From assembly GCA_903937035.1 (NCBI GenBank), contig CAIZXS010000017.1:660-64659 (forward strand): a stretch of 64,000 nt of DNA, read 5' to 3'. Origin of the DNA: an uncultured bacterium. Lineage in GTDB: Bacteria; Patescibacteriota; Minisyncoccia; Moranbacterales; UBA2206. The notes beneath the pieces are model-generated. The model did no database searches. It was not told the origin of the DNA and saw nothing but the letters and a program-made list of their open reading frames with translations. A program made the translations under genes and the position numbers. Positions 60,159-64,000 of this stretch are shown here, one piece after another (within the stretch, counting starts at the first letter, position 1; every line of letters starts with the position of its first letter).

Positions 60159-60197
60159 TATAAAAATAGTTCTAACCTGCCTACTGGCAGACAGGCG
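60159..60197 (+). repeat. Island repeat R6 (partial): tRNA-Trp-like ATAAAAATAGTTCTAAC fused to the palindromic motif CCTGCCTACTGGCAGACAGGCG
   Basis: The two repeat families are joined at one site. Confidence 0.7.
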
Positions 60198-60233
60198 TTC
60201 CTTTCTAAAAAAACGTTAACCTATTTTACTACG

Positions 60234-60533
60234 ATGCGCATTGATGACGATGCTAAACTGGTTAAATTTTCAGAAATGTTGATTGAGAAAGGATCTGGTT
60301 TTACTTCCGGTGGAAATGATTTTGATGGTGGAATGTTAACCGGTTTTGGCTTTAAAACCGAAAGTTACAATATGATGAGTGGTGCTCGCGAAGGCAATAT
60401 TGAAGAGCAATCTAATTTGTTCGGAAAAAAGTTTGAGTATAAGTTTGATTGCAAGGAAATTCGGGCAAAAATTGAAGAAATAGCCAAGGCATCCGGGTAT
60501 GAGTTTGAATATCAGATTTTGCCAGTAAAATAA
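60234..60533 (+). CDS. Small hypothetical protein; start placed at the internal Met because the upstream ORF part is translated repeat
   Basis: The ORF track starts at 60135, but residues 9-22 are encoded by repeat R6. Confidence 0.4.
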   Translation: MRIDDDAKLVKFSEMLIEKGSGFTSGGNDFDGGMLTGFGFKTESYNMMSGAREGNIEEQSNLFGKKFEYKFDCKEIRAKIEEIAKASGYEFEYQILPVK

Positions 60534-60588
60534 CCGAGTTAAGTCGGTGGGCGTAAATCGCTTTATTTCTGTGGCATGTATCAAAGCT

Positions 60589-60614
60589 AAAGGCTCATTC
60601 GAGCCTTTTTTTGA
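60589..60614 (+). terminator. Rho-independent terminator
   Basis: AGGCTC-ATTC-GAGCCT hairpin followed by T7. Confidence 0.65.
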
Positions 60615-60711
60615 TAGTGGATATAAATTTAAATCGGTGCTATGATTCACCAAATAGCAGGGATTGACGATGGTTATAAATAACTAGCAACCCATTAAGT
60701 AAGCTATTTAT

Positions 60712-60737
60712 GGTCTTTGACAATTTATGAGAAATGA
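60712..60737 (+). promoter_or_regulatory. Second copy of the GGTCTTTGACAATTTATGAGAAATG box, upstream of histidine-kinase gene 2
   Basis: See feature at 56981. Confidence 0.5.
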
Positions 60738-60834
60738 ACTTAAGAAGTGAATTGATAAAAACATCTAAAAACGTTGTAACTAAAATGGCCGCAAGTTCCA
60801 AAGGAATGAAGCGGTGAAAAACGGAGGTAGTAGC

Positions 60835-62763
60835 ATGCCAGTGAATATTGCAGATTATTTGAGTGGGATTATTGAAAGCATAGGGATTCCGTTATTTGTT
60901 TTTGATCTTGACGGAACATTTCAGTTTATCAACGAATCATTTAGTGACATTTTCGGTAAAACATGTGGGGAGGTGATTGGGAGAAAATCTCACGATATTT
61001 TTCCCGAAGCAGAGGCGAAGAAAATTAAGAAGGCGGTTTGTGCAGTTTTTGCAACTGGCCAGAGATGTGTCGTTGAGATTGATATGGAAGTTGGTCAAAA
61101 AAAGACAACCTTTTACAGAATAATCATCAGCCCCATTGAGAATATGAGAGGGTCGGTTGTTTTTGTCAGCTGCGTTGCAGTTGAAGATACGGAGCATAGG
61201 CAAGTCTTGGAGGCGCTACGGGAGAGCGAGAAGCGGTTTATGGATGTGGTTTATGCATCGGGCGATGCTATTCTGCTTATCTGCGATAACGAGTTTGTAG
61301 ATTGTAATGAGGCGGCTGTTCGGATGTTGAGGTATACAACGAAAGGGGAATTTTTACGAACTCATCCTTCGGAATTGTCGCCACTAGTACAGTCCGATGG
61401 GAGACCTTCCCATGAGAAAGCCGATCAGTTGATGAAATGTGCTTTTGAGAAAGGTTTTAAACGTTTTGAGTGGACACATCTGCGCGCTAACGGAGAAGAA
61501 TTTCCGGTCGAAGTTTCACTAACGCCGATTGTCAGAGATGGGAAGCGAATGCTTTATTGGGTCTGGCGTGACATAACTGAAAGTAAAAAAGCGGAGGAGA
61601 GAAGTGCGTGCCTTCAACGTCAATTGGTGCAAGCTCAAAAAATGGAAGCGATTGGAACGTTGGCCAGTGGTATTGCTCATGATTTCAATAACATGCTATA
61701 TCCCATTTCTGGCCATGCCGAAATGCTTCTGGATGATTTAATGCTGGGAGATTCCAATAGAGAAGGTGTGGAAGTGATATATAAAAGCGCATTAAGAGCG
61801 ACAGAATTGATTAAGCAGATATTGGCTTTTTCGCGCCAAGAGAAAAGTGAGCTGAAAATGATGAGGCTGCAACCCATAATAAAGGAATCAATGAAATTGA
61901 TTCGAGCGACTATCCCAACGACCATTTCCATAACACAACAGATAGATTCTGATTGCGGCACAATAAACGCAGACCCAACGCAGATTCATCAGATCATTAT
62001 GAATCTCGCAACAAACGCTTTTCATGCTATGGAAGAGCAGCAAGAGGGGGAGCTTAATGTAGGTCTTAAGGAAATAGAACTGGACACGGATGATTTAAAC
62101 TATCCCAATATGTTGCCTGGCCCTTATGTTTGTTTGACCGTTGCTGATAATGGCATGGGAATGGCAAAGGATATTGTAGATAGAATCTTCGATCCCTTTT
62201 TTACAACGAAAGAAAAGGGCAAGGGGACTGGAATGGGTTTATCTGTTGTTCATGGGATCGTGAAAAGTATGAATGGCGAAATTCAGGTATATAGCGAATT
62301 GGTAGGGGGAACTGAATTTCGTGTTTATTTGCCTATCGTCGAAGATGTTTCAGGGGAGAAGGGTCTCGATTTAAAAGAAGATTTGCCCTATGGAGGTGAG
62401 AGAATTCTTCTTGTTGATGATGAGGAGGCTATTATTAATATGGGGAAACAAATGCTCAGGCGTCTTGGGTATTCTGTTTCCACGCGTTCCAGTGGAATTG
62501 AGGCTCTTGAAGCATTCAGGGCTGATCCGGATAGGTTTGATTTGGTCGTAACAGATATGGCAATGCCAAAAATGGCTGGGACTAGACTGGCTCTTGAATT
62601 GATTAAAATTCGGCCGAATATTCCTGTTTTGCTTTGTACCGGTTTTAGCGAAGGTATTACAGATGATATGATCGAATCATTGGGAATTAAGGGTCTTCTG
62701 AACAAGCCGATATTAAAAAAAGACCTGGCTCGAAAGATCCGAGAGGTGTTGGACGGAAAGTAA
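60835..62763 (+). CDS. Hybrid sensor histidine kinase (2 PAS, HisKA, HATPase_c, receiver)
   Basis: H-box [13 protein letters not shown]; receiver [10 protein letters not shown]...[13 protein letters not shown] at 60835 follows GGAGG; the ORF track begins at GTG 60814. Confidence 0.88.
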   Translation: MPVNIADYLSGIIESIGIPLFVFDLDGTFQFINESFSDIFGKTCGEVIGRKSHDIFPEAEAKKIKKAVCAVFATGQRCVVEIDMEVGQKKTTFYRIIISPIENMRGSVVFVSCVAVEDTEHRQVLEALRESEKRFMDVVYASGDAILLICDNEFVDCNEAAVRMLRYTTKGEFLRTHPSELSPLVQSDGRPSHEKADQLMKCAFEKGFKRFEWTHLRANGEEFPVEVSLTPIVRDGKRMLYWVWRDITESKKAEERSACLQRQLVQAQKMEAIGTLASGIAHDFNNMLYPISGHAEMLLDDLMLGDSNREGVEVIYKSALRATELIKQILAFSRQEKSELKMMRLQPIIKESMKLIRATIPTTISITQQIDSDCGTINADPTQIHQIIMNLATNAFHAMEEQQEGELNVGLKEIELDTDDLNYPNMLPGPYVCLTVADNGMGMAKDIVDRIFDPFFTTKEKGKGTGMGLSVVHGIVKSMNGEIQVYSELVGGTEFRVYLPIVEDVSGEKGLDLKEDLPYGGERILLVDDEEAIINMGKQMLRRLGYSVSTRSSGIEALEAFRADPDRFDLVVTDMAMPKMAGTRLALELIKIRPNIPVLLCTGFSEGITDDMIESLGIKGLLNKPILKKDLARKIREVLDGK

Positions 62764-63011
62764 TTACTTTTTTCAGACTTTCCTGGATAAAGAAAGCGCG
62801 GGTATCGGCATAACTGTTGATACCCGTTTTATTTTGCCGAATTTGTCGTGGGGTTAATTCATATTTTGTTGTATATTGAATGTTGATTGGTTAAATTGAC
62901 ATTTCAGCCAGAAGGTGAAATGATAGGCACATAATAGCAGCTTTTTGACAATCTGAAATTATAGACTGAAGAATTTCTAGCATTTTACAAAGAAAGGGAG
63001 AAAACTGAATC

Positions 63012-64000
63012 ATGGACGAAAAAAAACTGGAAGGCGTGTTATTTTTCAAGGGGCTTGGAAATTCGTTGCTTGCAACTGAGACGATGGATGTGCTGAAGGA
63101 ATATCTTGGGCATAGGCCGTTCGTTAGTCACGTCAATTATGGGCGTTTTGGGGATGGGGAGCTTGATGACAGCTTCTCTGATTACGCTGCAATTAAGGGA
63201 AAGAACATTGTTTTTTTTGAATGCTTGAAGGACGAAAGTGTTATGTTGCGTTTCTTGCAATTGTGCTGGGCGGCGAAGCATCAGTATGGAGCAGCGCGGA
63301 TTATTGCCGTGCTCAGCTTTATGCATTACCGTCGTCAGGACAGGGAGGAACACATTCACGAGATTTGGCGCAATAAGTGGCTTGCAAAGCAGATGGCTTT
63401 CAGCGGGGTGAGTCATGTCATACTGGCTACGCCACACTCAGAGCAAACCGGATTGAATTTTGAGCAGGAGGGGGTGGTATTTCGAGCAGTAGACTTGTCC
63501 GATTTATTTGCCAGTAGGCTCAGACCACTTCTTCACCCTAAGTTAAAAAGTGGGAAAAAGGTTTGGATTTATGCTCCTGATGAAGGCTCGATTATACGAG
63601 CTATTGGGTTGGCGAGGCGCCTTGAATTGAAGGTACTGTTCAGCCTTAAGAATCGGGGATTTAATAATCAGATTGAATTGGCTGAAATGGATCTCCAAAA
63701 GATCGAAGGAATTAAGGAGCAATTTTCCTTTTTTTCTGATTTGGAATATGCCACGGCAGAGCTTGTGGACGAATCTGTCATCGTTATGGTTGAAGATGAA
63801 CTTGATTCTGGCACAACAGCGCACAAGCAAGCCGAACAACTCAGACGGTATGGTGCGGAAGAAATTCATATGGTTTTTACGCATGCAGTTTGTACGGATC
63901 CATGGAGACGGCGATTGTTTGATGTTAATAATCCTTTCTCACAGGTAATTGTGTGCAATACTGTTCCACGTGGGGAAGAGAAGCGCACTGGCGGTAAGGT
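63012..64000 (+). CDS. prs: Ribose-phosphate pyrophosphokinase-like protein (PRPP synthetase family), 3' end outside window
   Basis: N-terminal domain pattern GRFGDGE...ARIIAVLSFMHYRRQDR; PRPP-binding loop VIVMVEDELDSGTTA. Frame stays open to the window end. Confidence 0.7.
   Translation, partial: MDEKKLEGVLFFKGLGNSLLATETMDVLKEYLGHRPFVSHVNYGRFGDGELDDSFSDYAAIKGKNIVFFECLKDESVMLRFLQLCWAAKHQYGAARIIAVLSFMHYRRQDREEHIHEIWRNKWLAKQMAFSGVSHVILATPHSEQTGLNFEQEGVVFRAVDLSDLFASRLRPLLHPKLKSGKKVWIYAPDEGSIIRAIGLARRLELKVLFSLKNRGFNNQIELAEMDLQKIEGIKEQFSFFSDLEYATAELVDESVIVMVEDELDSGTTAHKQAEQLRRYGAEEIHMVFTHAVCTDPWRRRLFDVNNPFSQVIVCNTVPRGEEKRTGGK

Noticed and set aside
60135-60233. N-terminal 33 codons of ORF 60135..60533
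   Set aside because: Residues YKNSSNLPTGRQAF are encoded by repeat R6; the start was moved to the internal Met at 60234.
48674-60650. CRISPR array possibility for the recurring intergenic repeats
   Set aside because: The repeats are 65-190 nt, degenerate and spaced 1.2-3.6 kb apart with full genes between them. There are no short regular repeat-spacer units and no cas genes.
45977-63000. Diversity-generating retroelement or integrase within the accessory region
   Set aside because: No reverse transcriptase, template/variable repeat pair or tyrosine/serine recombinase ORF was found in any frame.

Overview
This 64 kb window reads as an AT-rich, small-gene bacterial chromosome. The gene content (compact AlaRS and Rel, extended ribosomal proteins, very few regulators) suggests a Patescibacteria/CPR-like organism, but that is inference only.

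Core region, 1-45.8 kb (housekeeping genes):
- Replication, stress and modification: rel, topA, dprA, mnmA.
- Aminoacyl-tRNA synthetases: alaS, tyrS, pheS-pheT, valS.
- Protein export: secA and secD-secF, plus three tandem NUDIX genes.
- Ribosomal/transcription block: infA-rpmJ-rpsM-rpsK-rpsD-rpoA-rplQ-rplM-rpsI, rpmE, rpsB-tsf, yaaT(PSP1).
- tRNA cluster: Thr(UGU), Tyr(GUA), Thr(GGU), then rpmG, then Trp(CCA).
- Also a membrane protein plus a VirD4/TraD-like P-loop ATPase pair.

Accessory region, 45.8-63 kb: it begins immediately after tRNA-Trp and looks more G+C-rich by eye (not computed). It carries a PHP-GT4 glycosyltransferase, a sigma-70 family factor, two tandem class-II Fic proteins, a peptidase gene remnant, a FecR-domain protein, a LamG plus peptidoglycan-binding secreted protein and two PAS hybrid histidine kinases.

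Most striking observation: almost every intergenic spacer in the accessory region contains a degenerate ~65-nt copy of the tRNA-Trp gene, in the same orientation as the real tRNA-Trp. The anticodon-loop-to-3'-end segment is best preserved. Each copy is usually followed by a hairpin related to the one behind the real tRNA-Trp and then by a near-consensus sigma-70 promoter. The genes are thus arranged as cassettes separated by tRNA-like att-type repeats. No integrase lies inside the window.

Other anomalies:
- A GC-rich palindromic motif, CCTGCCTAC(C)GGCAGGC, recurs at five loci. One is an in-frame ~180-nt insertion in mnmA; another sits inside the D-loop of a tRNA-Tyr pseudocopy.
- The tRNA-Tyr locus is rearranged: 5' pseudocopy, flanking inverted repeats and a duplicated 3' end.
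- The 5' half of tRNA-Thr is tandemly duplicated with a 74-bp period.
- A family of long hairpin repeats (GTCATCCTGAGCGAAG...) occurs three times.
- A parvulin-type PPIase domain is embedded in SecD.
- A methyltransferase ORF is interrupted by an in-frame TAA.
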